Shown here one piece after another: positions 49,818-59,241 of a stretch of 64,000 bases of DNA. The DNA is taken from contig OZ241362.1 of assembly GCA_965200315.1 (NCBI GenBank), forward strand, positions 3,520,001-3,584,000, given 5' to 3'. A program made the position numbers and the translations under genes. Source of the stretch: Candidatus Latescibacterota bacterium. GTDB taxonomy: Bacteria; Latescibacterota; UBA2968; UBA8231. The notes beneath the pieces are model-generated. The model did no database searches and was not told where the DNA came from. It was given only the letters and a program-made list of their open reading frames with translations. Positions within the stretch are counted from its first letter, which is position 1. Each line of letters opens with the position of its first letter.

Positions 49818-50966
49818 GTGGTGAGCACAGGCGATAATTACACCAGCCCCCCCCACGTCGAATTCTCCGGCGTCAGCAAAAGCTACGATGGCCGCAACTG
49901 GGTTGTGCGGGACCTCGACCTCGTCGTACACAAGGGCGAATTCCTCACCATGCTCGGGCCGTCTGGCTCCGGCAAGACGACTTGCTTGATGATGCTCGCC
50001 GGATTTGAGACGCCCGCTTCTGGGACCATCCACATCAATGGCGTACCGGTTGGCGATTTGCCTCCCCACAAGCGCGACATTGGCGTCGTATTTCAAAACT
50101 ACGCGCTCTTTCCGCACATGACAGTCGGCGGCAACTTGGCGTTTCCACTAAAAGTGCGCGGCATGGACCCAAGCGAGCAGCGAGAGCGAGTGGACCGCAC
50201 CTTGCGCCTCGTGCGCCTTGAAGGCTTGGCGGAGCGCCGCCCAGGGCAGCTATCCGGTGGCCAGCAACAGCGCGTTGCCATCGCCCGCGCCTTGGTCTTC
50301 GACCCGGAGCTTGTGTTGATGGACGAGCCACTCGGTGCGCTCGACCGACGCCTGCGCGAGGAGATGCAATACGAAATCCGCCGCATTCAGCGCACCTTGG
50401 GCATAACCGTCGTCTATGTCACGCACGATCAGCAGGAGGCCATGGTCATGTCGGATCGAGTCGCCGTCTTTCGCGGCGGCGCGATCGAACAGATCGCATC
50501 CCCAGAGGTGCTCTACGAAGAGCCGGAGCGCGCTTTTGTAGCCCATTTCATCGGCGAGAACAACCGCCTAAACGGCGTGGTGCGCACGGTTGGCGATGGC
50601 GTGTGCGAAGTAGAGGTCGGCGATGCGCTCGTCGAGGCTGTGAGCTTGGGGCAATGCCCGCCGGGCGCTGCTGCGACGGTCGTCGTGCGTCCGGAGCGGG
50701 TGACTATCTCGCTGGGTGAGGGCGGGTACTCGTACGCCAACGAGTTTGATGCTGATGTCGAGGATATAGCATTTCTCGGCGATCACATACGTCTGCGCCT
50801 AAAGCTGTGTGAGCACTCGGGTTTCATCGTCAAGATTCCCAACATCGTGGGCCACGGAGCGGTGTTGGAAGGAGATCGGATCCGAGTCGGCTGGCCCGCG
50901 CTGGACTGCCGTGCGCTGAAACCCGATGCTGCGGACGGCGCAGAGGATCCATCTACAAGTGGTTGA
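49818..50966 (+). CDS. Polyamine-type ABC transporter ATP-binding protein (PotA-like)
   Basis: GPSGSGKT, LSGGQQQR, MDEPLGALD, TOBE domain. Confidence 0.92.
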   Translation: MVSTGDNYTSPPHVEFSGVSKSYDGRNWVVRDLDLVVHKGEFLTMLGPSGSGKTTCLMMLAGFETPASGTIHINGVPVGDLPPHKRDIGVVFQNYALFPHMTVGGNLAFPLKVRGMDPSEQRERVDRTLRLVRLEGLAERRPGQLSGGQQQRVAIARALVFDPELVLMDEPLGALDRRLREEMQYEIRRIQRTLGITVVYVTHDQQEAMVMSDRVAVFRGGAIEQIASPEVLYEEPERAFVAHFIGENNRLNGVVRTVGDGVCEVEVGDALVEAVSLGQCPPGAAATVVVRPERVTISLGEGGYSYANEFDADVEDIAFLGDHIRLRLKLCEHSGFIVKIPNIVGHGAVLEGDRIRVGWPALDCRALKPDAADGAEDPSTSG

Positions 50967-52191
50967 CCAAGTAACAGCGGAGACGGGTTTAGACACATCC
51001 AAGCAGCAGGCGCGGCAGCGGAGGCGAGCGGCCGGGCTAGCTCTGCCGCTGATCGCCTTTGTCTTGGCGACCTTTGTCGCGCCACTTGGCACATTGCTGG
51101 TGCGCAGCGCGTACGATCCCCTAGTCGCGGATGCGTTGCCGGAAACGCTTGCCCTATTGCGGACATGGGACGGGGCTAGTGCCTTGGAGGAGCCTGTGTA
51201 CGCAACGGCCGCACGCGAGTTGCTGCAGGCGCGTGAGGAGCGCACCCTCGGGCAAATTGCCACTCGCGTCAACCGCATCAAGAGCGGCTTGCGCAGCGTC
51301 GTCACGCGCAGTGCGCGCCAGTTGCGCAACGCCAGCGGCGACTCTTGGCGCGAGACCATGATCGGCATCGACGATGCTTGGGGTAGGCCGGATGTGTGGC
51401 TGGCGATTCGCAGTGCTGGGGAGCGGTTCACGTTCCGCCACTATATCAATGCGCTCGATCTCATGCGCCAACCCGATGGTAGCATCGCCCGGCAGCCCGA
51501 GGAACGGCGCATCTACCGGCCGCTTTTGTGGCGCACACTAGCGATTAGCTTGGGCATTTCCGCGCTGTGCTTGGCCATTGGCTACCCGATTGCCCACCTG
51601 ATCGCCGCCGCGCCGCCGCGCCGCGCCAACCTGCTGTTGTTGCTGGTGTTGGTGCCGTTTTGGACATCCCTGCTGGTGAGGACGACGGCTTGGATCGTGT
51701 TGCTCCAAACCCAAGGCGTAATCAACAATTTGCTGGTGGCGAGCGGACTGGTCGCGGACGACGGCCGCATCGCCATGATATACAACATGACCGGTACATT
51801 CGTGGCGATGACCCATGTGCTGCTGCCCTTCATGGTCCTGCCGCTGTATTCGGTGATGCGTTCGATTCCGCCTTCACACGTACAGGCCGCGGCCTCCCTC
51901 GGTGCGACTCCCTTTCAGGCGTTCTGGCGCGTCTATTGGCCGCAGACCTTGCCCGGCGTTGGTGCTGGACTGCTAATGGTGTTCATCCTCGCCATTGGCT
52001 ACTACATCACGCCGGCGCTGGTCGGCGGAAGCAAGGGTCAGCTCATCTCCAACATGATCGCCTACCACATGCAGACCTCGCTCAACTGGGGACTCGCGGC
52101 CGCGCTCGCCGTCATCCTGCTCGTGGGTATCATCGCGCTGTACGTGTTCTACGACCGCGTGGTGGGTATCGACCGCATGAGGCTGGGCTGA
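50959..52191 (+). CDS. ABC transporter permease (PotB-like)
   Basis: PFWTSLLVRT, AAASLGA EAA loop, YYITPALVGG. Confidence 0.9.
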   Translation: MVDQVTAETGLDTSKQQARQRRRAAGLALPLIAFVLATFVAPLGTLLVRSAYDPLVADALPETLALLRTWDGASALEEPVYATAARELLQAREERTLGQIATRVNRIKSGLRSVVTRSARQLRNASGDSWRETMIGIDDAWGRPDVWLAIRSAGERFTFRHYINALDLMRQPDGSIARQPEERRIYRPLLWRTLAISLGISALCLAIGYPIAHLIAAAPPRRANLLLLLVLVPFWTSLLVRTTAWIVLLQTQGVINNLLVASGLVADDGRIAMIYNMTGTFVAMTHVLLPFMVLPLYSVMRSIPPSHVQAAASLGATPFQAFWRVYWPQTLPGVGAGLLMVFILAIGYYITPALVGGSKGQLISNMIAYHMQTSLNWGLAAALAVILLVGIIALYVFYDRVVGIDRMRLG

Positions 52192-53006
52192 TGTTGGGGC
52201 GGTGGGTCTATCTCGCGTTCTGCACGGCGGCGTTTGTCTTCTTGGTCGCGCCGATCTTGGTGATCGTGCCGCTCAGCTTTAATGCGGAGCCGTATTTTAC
52301 GTTTACCGAGGGCATGTTGCGCCTCGACCCGGAGGCGTATTCGCTGCGTTGGTACCGCAGCATCTTTGAAGACGGCGTATGGCTCCGCGCCTTGGTCAAC
52401 AGCGTGGTCATCGGCGTCTCGGCGACGCTACTGGCGACCTCGTTTGGCACACTTGCGGCCCTTGGGCTGGCGAATTCGGCCATGCCCGCTCGGCGGGCTG
52501 TGATGGGGCTGTTGATCTCGCCGATGATCACGCCGGTCATTATCGCTGCGGTGGGGATGTTCTTTTTTTACTCCAGCCTTGGCTTGGCTCAGACTCACCT
52601 TGGCATAATCCTCGCCCATGCCGTGCTCGGGGTGCCGTTTGTAGTGATTACCGTAACCGCCACGTTGTCGGGCTTCGACCAGAACTTGATGCGGGCCGCC
52701 GCCAGCCTCGGCGCGGGTCCGCTGTACAGCTTCTGGCGAGTACAGTTGCCGCTCATCGCACCCGGAGTTGCGTCTGGCGGGTTGTTCGCCTTTGCCGCTT
52801 CCTTCGACGAGGTCGTGGTGGTGCTGTTCATGGGTGGCTTGGAGCAGCGAACCATCCCGCGGCAGATGTGGGCGGGCATTCGCGAGCAAATCAGCCCCAC
52901 CATCCTAGCGGTGGCGACCTTTCTCATCGCTTTTGCGGTCTTGGTTTTGTTTACAGTAGAATGGCTGCGCCGTCGCGGGAGTGGAACCGGCTCCCGCGCA
53001 GGATGA
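52191..53006 (+). CDS. ABC transporter permease (PotC-like)
   Basis: SLRWY, AAASLGA, SFDEVVV; TGATG overlap with upstream permease. Confidence 0.9.
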   Translation: MLGRWVYLAFCTAAFVFLVAPILVIVPLSFNAEPYFTFTEGMLRLDPEAYSLRWYRSIFEDGVWLRALVNSVVIGVSATLLATSFGTLAALGLANSAMPARRAVMGLLISPMITPVIIAAVGMFFFYSSLGLAQTHLGIILAHAVLGVPFVVITVTATLSGFDQNLMRAAASLGAGPLYSFWRVQLPLIAPGVASGGLFAFAASFDEVVVVLFMGGLEQRTIPRQMWAGIREQISPTILAVATFLIAFAVLVLFTVEWLRRRGSGTGSRAG

Positions 53007-53125
53007 ATGCGCTAGCCTAGCGACTAAGCCCGAACCAAAAAGACCTTGAGATACCCCTGAATTATCCGTATTACTTTGGGGCGATCAATGAAGCATCCGT
53101 AAACACTGGGCCTGAAAGGAAAGGT

Positions 53126-53779
53126 ATGCTGAGATTCACCGAAGAAATTATGCTTCTTTTGCTCGACGACGAAGATGGGAGCTTCGCCCGAGTGCCTGAC
53201 CGATTGGTGCGGTATGCCTTGAGCGGTGGAGTCCTGATGGAACTGGCGCTGGAAGACCGGATCGACACCGACTTGGACAAGCTGACCTTGGTCGATAGCA
53301 CCCCCTTGCAAGATAGCCTGATCGACCCGATACTGAGCGACATTGCGGCGGCGACCGAAACGCACGATACCCGTTACTGGCTGGAGCGCACTGCCATCGG
53401 TGCCGATGACATCCGCGAGGGTGCGCTTCGCGGGCTGGTGCAGAGGGGCATTCTCGCACGCGAGGAGGGGCGCTTCCTGTGGGTGTTTCGCTCGCGGCGC
53501 TATCCGGCCATCGATGGCAAGGCCGAGCAAGAGGTCAAGCTGCGCATCATGGAGGTGCTGTTCAGCGATAAGATCCCCGACCCCCGCGACGTGGTTATTA
53601 TCTGCTTGGCGGATGCCTGCGGAATTTTTGAAAGGCTCTTGTCCAGCCGCGAGCTAGCCCGAGCGAGCGGGCGCATCGAACAGGTGCGCAAGCTGGACTT
53701 AATTGGCCAAGAAGTGACCAAGGCCATCTGGGACATTGAAGCGTCGCTCGCCCTCGCCGTGCAGCCGCACATGTATTAA
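53126..53779 (+). CDS. GPP34 / GOLPH3-Vps74 family protein
   Basis: EEIMLLLLDD, GGVLMELALEDRI, LVQRGIL...FLWVF..RRYP. Confidence 0.85.
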   Translation: MLRFTEEIMLLLLDDEDGSFARVPDRLVRYALSGGVLMELALEDRIDTDLDKLTLVDSTPLQDSLIDPILSDIAAATETHDTRYWLERTAIGADDIREGALRGLVQRGILAREEGRFLWVFRSRRYPAIDGKAEQEVKLRIMEVLFSDKIPDPRDVVIICLADACGIFERLLSSRELARASGRIEQVRKLDLIGQEVTKAIWDIEASLALAVQPHMY

Positions 53780-53799
53780 ACGCTGGGTTGTTGTAGCCG

Positions 53800-53847
53800 A
53801 AAAAAAGGCGCGAAGAGCACACTATCTGTGCTTCTCGCGCCTTTTTT
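53800..53847. terminator. Bidirectional intrinsic terminator
   Basis: A-run-GGCGCGA...TCGCGCC-T-run between convergent genes. Confidence 0.8.
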
Positions 53848-53862
53848 GTGCCGCAAGATAAG

Positions 53863-55263
53863 TTAATCCTCGTAGGAAATCCCAAAGAGAATCATCATCT
53901 CGTCTGTTGACAACAAACCAAAGTTGACCTCTTGGTCGGTCCAGTTGTCATAGGTTGTCTCTAACCTGAAGCCCTCGCCTTGCTCTAGGACGAGAGGGGG
54001 GTCAAGCCTCAGGATCGGCGGATGATCCCAGTCGTAAGCGGCGTAAATAAGCTCGCCATCGTGCGCTCCCCCGATCATTTCGACCCGGAATTCTACCATG
54101 AGTTGATGAGCGTGCGAGAGCAGCTGCACAATGTGGGTTCGCTCGGAGAAGATAAAATCCTTCTCTAAGGTGGTCACCTCCCCAGCCGGCAGGGAGATCG
54201 AAAAGTTATTCAAAGAAAAAAAACGCGCCTCGTGCTCGACTTCAGATGGGTCGGCAAAGTGCAAGTTGGAATAGACCTCACCGGTAATGGGCTGACTGGT
54301 GCTATTGACATAGTGCGAGTTGAGGTCGAGCAGTACGTTTTTGGGCAGTCGTATCGCCACGCCCGGCGGCAGGGAGAAATCGAAGAACGGCCATTGACTG
54401 CCGGCGATCGGCAGGTGGTAAAATTGCGTTAGTACGGTTGAGAGGACGTACTGGCCGGTGCCATCGTGCAACTCGCGATACTCATAGGGTTCTGGCATGC
54501 GTGCGGGGGGTATGTCGTCTTGGAACGTATAGAGCAGGAAGTGGTGCGAGCCGGACTTCATGGAGATCTGGACGCGCTCTAGGAATACATCGTCTTCGTT
54601 GTTCAGCGGATGCACGACAAATATCTCGCGCTCGGTGTTAGGCTGTATCTCGAAAGGCGGCAAGTGTAGTTGGACGCCGTTTTCCGGCTCGGCTAGCGGC
54701 TTGAACTCCGGCACCTCGTAGCGCGACTTGTCCTGCAAGAGATCGGGGTCGGCCACGTGGCCTGTCTCCGGTGCACCAGCCTCGATCCAAGCGCGGATAA
54801 AAGCCAACTCGCCGTTGGTCAGCGGCTTGTCCCCAAGGGGCATTATCGCCCCGTAGTAGGGGTGGTCGCCGTAGAAATGCTGCTGGTCGGGAGCATTGAT
54901 CTTCTCCCACAGATAGCTCTTGAGAAGGCCGGGCATGCCCTGCCCGAGGTCGCTGACCCGCAGCAGCCCGTCGGCCCGCGCCACCTCATTCGTCGGAGCG
55001 GCACCCACGAGCTGTTCGTAAGCCACGTCCGGGGTGAGCACGAGGCCCGCTTGACGTCCAAGCGAGGCCCCGGCCGCATGGCAGCTAACGCATTGGCCGG
55101 CGAAAATTTCCGTTTGGATAATATCCCAAGTCGAATCTGCCCCGTGCTCGGTCATTTGGACTGGCCCCGGGCCGTCGGAACTACAGCCGACGAAAAGCAA
55201 GCTTATGAGCAAGCAGCGGCGGATTGTGGGGCCTGTGAGTTCGATATATTCGGGTATTAGCAT
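53863..55263 (-). CDS. Lipoprotein with c-type cytochrome domain and PHM/DBH-like copper monooxygenase domain
   Basis: Lipobox FVGC; CVSCH...MP...WIEAGA; SHHF, NSHY, SHAH, DEM copper-ligand motifs; start uncertain. Confidence 0.72.
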   Translation of the reverse strand: MLIPEYIELTGPTIRRCLLISLLFVGCSSDGPGPVQMTEHGADSTWDIIQTEIFAGQCVSCHAAGASLGRQAGLVLTPDVAYEQLVGAAPTNEVARADGLLRVSDLGQGMPGLLKSYLWEKINAPDQQHFYGDHPYYGAIMPLGDKPLTNGELAFIRAWIEAGAPETGHVADPDLLQDKSRYEVPEFKPLAEPENGVQLHLPPFEIQPNTEREIFVVHPLNNEDDVFLERVQISMKSGSHHFLLYTFQDDIPPARMPEPYEYRELHDGTGQYVLSTVLTQFYHLPIAGSQWPFFDFSLPPGVAIRLPKNVLLDLNSHYVNSTSQPITGEVYSNLHFADPSEVEHEARFFSLNNFSISLPAGEVTTLEKDFIFSERTHIVQLLSHAHQLMVEFRVEMIGGAHDGELIYAAYDWDHPPILRLDPPLVLEQGEGFRLETTYDNWTDQEVNFGLLSTDEMMILFGISYED

Positions 55264-55294
55264 AAGAGCCTATGAGGTGGGTGGCGGGCCGAGT

Positions 55295-56137
55295 TCAAGT
55301 GCCGGCTTGGTCGAGCAGGCCGGCCAAGTTTTGGCCCAATATCAGGTGCTTGTGCTCGTCTGGTATGAACGTGCAGTGGGTGCGGAATGCTTCGAGCGCG
55401 TGCTGGTAGGTCATGTTGAAGCGCACCACCGGATAGTCCGAGCCCCAGCACAGCCGCTGGGGGCCGAAGTGTTCGTAGAGCTGGCGTACGATATGGTGCG
55501 TATCTGAGTAGGGATAATCCCACGAGACGTGCGAAGCGTAGTGAAAGCCCGAGAGCTTGATGTAGATGTTGGGCACCTCGGCCGAGCGCAGAACCTCCTG
55601 TAGGTTGGGGTGCGGTGCTTCCTCGCGTGCGTTGGCTCCGGCCAGGTGGTGGCAGAGAAAGGTCACCGACGGAAAGCGTTGCGCCAACTCGCGCAGCGCC
55701 GGCTGCCACGGCGGACCCAAGGCTAGGCTGGCGATCAGGTTTAGATCGGCTGTGGCGCTGAAAAACGCGAGCCCTTCCTCGGACGCGAACCACTCGGTGT
55801 CGCCTTTTACGTAGTGAGTATAGCCCTTGAGCTGGTACTTTGCCGCGGCCGCTTTGAGCCGCTCGGCCGCGCCCGGGGTGTGGTATTCTTCCGACCACGA
55901 GCAATCCACGTCGGCGAATTGCACCAACCGGTTTGGATAGGTGCGGACTTGTTCGGCGACGTAGTCGTTGTTGTGGGGATTGTGCTCGATGCGAGCGCAG
56001 ACCAGCACGGCCTTATCGACGCCGTTGCGGTCCATTTCCCACAGCAGTTGCTCGACCCGGCCGCGGCTGTTGTGATCGGGCACGGGCGGCTCGTAGGGCC
56101 AGTATGCCCAAGCGTGGGTATGTGAGTCGATTATCAT
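55295..56137 (-). CDS. Amidohydrolase family (Amidohydro_2) protein
   Basis: IDSHTH, YIKLSG, WGSDYP; AAAGGAG RBS. Confidence 0.9.
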   Translation of the reverse strand: MIIDSHTHAWAYWPYEPPVPDHNSRGRVEQLLWEMDRNGVDKAVLVCARIEHNPHNNDYVAEQVRTYPNRLVQFADVDCSWSEEYHTPGAAERLKAAAAKYQLKGYTHYVKGDTEWFASEEGLAFFSATADLNLIASLALGPPWQPALRELAQRFPSVTFLCHHLAGANAREEAPHPNLQEVLRSAEVPNIYIKLSGFHYASHVSWDYPYSDTHHIVRQLYEHFGPQRLCWGSDYPVVRFNMTYQHALEAFRTHCTFIPDEHKHLILGQNLAGLLDQAGT

Positions 56138-56309
56138 AGAAAAACTCCTTTGGTGCCTGCTGCAATCAGGACAAACGCAATCCTCGGTTTTGTTCTGCGG
56201 ATGAGAGCCGGCTAAGACAGCCTCTTAGTTGCGTTGCGCGAGCTAAACAATGCGACGATTTTGGAAAGATACCCAGCGAGCACACCTTTAACAAGCGCAC
56301 GTCTGCACC

Positions 56310-57161
56310 ATGCTCGAACACACCTTTTGTCACATTCCCGGCATCGGCTCCCGCACCGAATGCTTCCTTTGGTCCGCTGGCTGGCACACTTGGACAGATG
56401 TTACTCGCCGGCCAGACCTGCCGATCTCCCGTGAGAAACGAGCCGCGCTCCAATTCCACATCCGCGAATCCACGGCTCAGCTCCGGGCCGGCAATGCCGA
56501 GTACTTCTACGGGCTTCTGCCCACCGACCAGTACTGGCGGCTGTTTCCCGCCTTCCGCGATCAAGTGGCGTATTTCGACATTGAAACTACGGGCTTGGGC
56601 GGCCCGGACGACTACATCACCACCATTGCCCTCTACGACGGCCGCGAACTACGGACTTACGTGCAGGGTCGTAACTTGGGTGATTTTGTACGCGACATTG
56701 CTGCATATCGCTTACTGGTCACCTACAACGGCAAGGCCTTTGACGCGCCCTTTGTGCGCCGCTATTTGGGCATTCCTCTCGACCAACCCCACATCGACCT
56801 GCGCTACGTCTTGGAGAAGCTGGGCTATCGCGGAGGGCTTAAAAGTTGCGAGCGGCAGTTAGGGCTATCGCGGCAAGGTCTCGAAGAAGTCGATGGTTTT
56901 TTTGCCGTGCTGCTCTGGCGCGATTACCTGCGCGGCAATGCCAACGCGCTCAGCACCTTGCTGGCGTACAATGCTCTCGACGCGATCAACCTCGAAACCT
57001 TGATGGTCGTGGCGTACAATTTGCAGATAGCCAAGCTACCCCTCGAGCGGATCAGCGGCCTGCCCCTACCCACCCCGCAGGCCCTGCCCTTTGCCGTCGA
57101 TCAGCTCACCGTGCGCCGGCTCAAGGCCGCGCTCGGCAAGGGCTGGCTTGGCCGGGGTTGA
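56310..57161 (+). CDS. YprB-like RNase H-fold exonuclease
   Basis: FDIETTGL, TYNGKAFD, HIDLR, GGLKSCE, YNALD. Confidence 0.88.
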   Translation: MLEHTFCHIPGIGSRTECFLWSAGWHTWTDVTRRPDLPISREKRAALQFHIRESTAQLRAGNAEYFYGLLPTDQYWRLFPAFRDQVAYFDIETTGLGGPDDYITTIALYDGRELRTYVQGRNLGDFVRDIAAYRLLVTYNGKAFDAPFVRRYLGIPLDQPHIDLRYVLEKLGYRGGLKSCERQLGLSRQGLEEVDGFFAVLLWRDYLRGNANALSTLLAYNALDAINLETLMVVAYNLQIAKLPLERISGLPLPTPQALPFAVDQLTVRRLKAALGKGWLGRG

Positions 57162-57665
57162 CCACTTTTGCAGCCCTTTGCCAGCCGGTATGTTTTGCGT
57201 ACAGCGGTGCGGATTTGCGCTGGTGAATGGGGCGGGTGAGGTTGATGCCAAAGGTGCGTGATTGCATCTAAAATTTGAAGAACAGCGTCCCCATCATCGA
57301 CAGCCAAGTGGTGATCGCGGGTGGTCAGCTCGGCAGCGGGTTGGGGGGTGGATATAGTGAGCGTCCTTTGGTTAGTAGGGAGCAAAGATAAGCGGCGGGA
57401 TGGCTCATGCAAAATGCGGGCCAATCGCTTCAAGCCGCTTGCACTCTGAACGATGGCGCGTTGCAAGGCGACGCAGTGTAGCTTAGGAGAAACAGTCGTG
57501 TTGCAATGGCGCGACGGCTTGTGAGCTATCGCAAGCGGACGCCATCGGCGTCGAAATGCCCCAGCATGAGTGGGTTGTATTTCCCCGTGCTTGACTACGG
57601 CCATGGTGCCAGCGCACTGCCGGCGTTTTGTTTTTCACCGTTGAGGTTAGCTCTGACGAGCGCAT

Positions 57666-57698
57666 AAAAAAACGCGGAGCAGACAGGCTGCTCCGCGT
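57666..57698 (-). terminator. Intrinsic terminator after the Spy/CpxP gene
   Basis: Minus strand ACGCGGAGCAG-cctgt-CTGCTCCGCGT followed by T-run. Confidence 0.8.
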
Positions 57699-57723
57699 CG
57701 TAAAGGAAAATGGGAATTGGTGA

Positions 57724-58302
57724 TTACCGCTTGCCACGCCCGCGTTTGCCGCCGTAAAACGCCTCGTCCTTCATTTCTTTGAGCTTTTCGCGCTGCTCAT
57801 CGGTCAAGACGTTTTCCAAGGCCGTGCGGTGCTTTTGACGCGTTTCGCGTATTTCTGTGCGGTGCTCCTTGCGCAATCCTTTGAGCTGTTCCTTTTGCTC
57901 GTCGGTCAGGTACAGCCTTGAGAACGCACCCTCGCCGCCGCGCCGCATGTCGGACCGATCCTTGTCCCCCCAGCCGCGCCGGCCAAAAAATTTGCCGCGC
58001 TTGGCGCGCATTTCTTTGAGGGTCTCCTGCTGATCGTCGGTCAAAATGTTCATTACGGCCTCGCGCTGCTCCTTGCCTAGGGCGGCCATGGCCTCGCGCT
58101 GCTCGCGCAGGGCTTCGCGCTGCTTTTCGCGCAACGCCTGCAAGTGCTCCTTTTGCTCGTCGGTCAGGTCGAGATGCTCCAGCATCCTCAGCATGGGCTG
58201 CCTGTGCTCCCGCATCTTTTCCCCGTGCTCGGCTATGGCCACGGTGGCAAGCGCGCCGAGGGACAGGGCGATACCGGCTGAGATGATCCATTTCTTTTTC
58301 AT
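57724..58302 (-). CDS. Spy/CpxP family periplasmic chaperone (LTxxQ repeats)
   Basis: Signal peptide; four LTD(E/D)Q motifs. Confidence 0.85.
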   Translation of the reverse strand: MKKKWIISAGIALSLGALATVAIAEHGEKMREHRQPMLRMLEHLDLTDEQKEHLQALREKQREALREQREAMAALGKEQREAVMNILTDDQQETLKEMRAKRGKFFGRRGWGDKDRSDMRRGGEGAFSRLYLTDEQKEQLKGLRKEHRTEIRETRQKHRTALENVLTDEQREKLKEMKDEAFYGGKRGRGKR

Positions 58303-58412
58303 AGTACTTTCTCCGCGTTAGGCGTTAGTAGTTGGGTTTGCCGCCCTTAGTCGACGGCTCGTGAGAAACGGCCATTTCTCTTCTCTACGCCCTATTAGAC
58401 CACTGATTGCTG

Positions 58413-58823
58413 CTATTTATTCCTAGGCGTTTTCGTTTTTTTGTGCCGCGGCCGCTCGCGCCAAGGTCCCATTAGCTCCCCGAAGCGCCGCTGCCGCCGA
58501 TCCAGCCGCCGCAGTTGCGCCTCAGACAACAGGGGGGCCAGCTCGGCCCGCGTCGCATCTAGCTGTTCCTTTAGTGCCTCTCGGTGCTTGGTATTGAGTT
58601 CGCGGAGCGCGGTGGCATAGTGCCGCAGCACGGCCCGCACGGCTTGGCGCTGCTCTTCGTTCTGCGGAGCAATCAACCGCTCGGTGCTGCGGACGAAGTG
58701 CCGGGGATGCGGAATGGGCCGCAGGCGGTCGCGGACGAACCACCCGGAGAGCAGGGCCCCGATCAGCACGCCGATGAGCAGGGTGCTAAAGAGAATGAGT
58801 GCGCCTTTGGTTTTCCCTCGCAT
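58413..58823 (-). CDS. Membrane-anchored periplasmic helical protein (heavy-metal-sensor/LTxxQ-like)
   Basis: N-terminal TM helix, LLSEAQ motif; follows the anti-sigma gene. Confidence 0.65.
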   Translation of the reverse strand: MRGKTKGALILFSTLLIGVLIGALLSGWFVRDRLRPIPHPRHFVRSTERLIAPQNEEQRQAVRAVLRHYATALRELNTKHREALKEQLDATRAELAPLLSEAQLRRLDRRQRRFGELMGPWRERPRHKKTKTPRNK

Positions 58824-58824
58824 G

Positions 58825-59241
58825 TCACATGTCCAAGTCCAGTACGTACGCCGCTTCGGGCGTGGCGGGTACGGCGGCGAAAATCGCGGCGAGGAACGAG
58901 GCGTCGTCGCCGAGGAGCTCGCGCTCGTTCCAGTTGCTCAGTGCCAAGAAGGCGACCACTGCTATAGCGACCGGGGCGAGGGGGCGAAAGAGCCACACGA
59001 GGGCGTCGGTTAGGCTTTCTTCGCGTACGCTTTTGATGCGCTGCGCGACGCGTGCGGCAAAAAACGGGCGGAACGAGTGGGCGCGGCTTGCCTGCAAAAG
59101 GCCGCTGACTTTTTGCAGGTGCTCCCATTCGGTGCGCAGCGCGTCGTTAGTAGCTAGGGTGCGCTCGAATGCCGCACGCTCGCTCGCGCTCAATTCGCCG
59201 CTCAGTGCCCTTAGCATTGTGCTGCGATAGCTGTCAGTCAT
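58825..59241 (-). CDS. Putative anti-sigma factor
   Basis: GELSASERAAFE N-terminus, single TM; overlaps the ECF sigma stop. Confidence 0.75.
   Translation of the reverse strand: MTDSYRSTMLRALSGELSASERAAFERTLATNDALRTEWEHLQKVSGLLQASRAHSFRPFFAARVAQRIKSVREESLTDALVWLFRPLAPVAIAVVAFLALSNWNERELLGDDASFLAAIFAAVPATPEAAYVLDLDM

Noticed and set aside
51567-52190. N-terminal extension of the 479-aa ORF
   Set aside because: Alternate-frame overlap with the upstream permease; the PotC-like gene starts at ATG 52191
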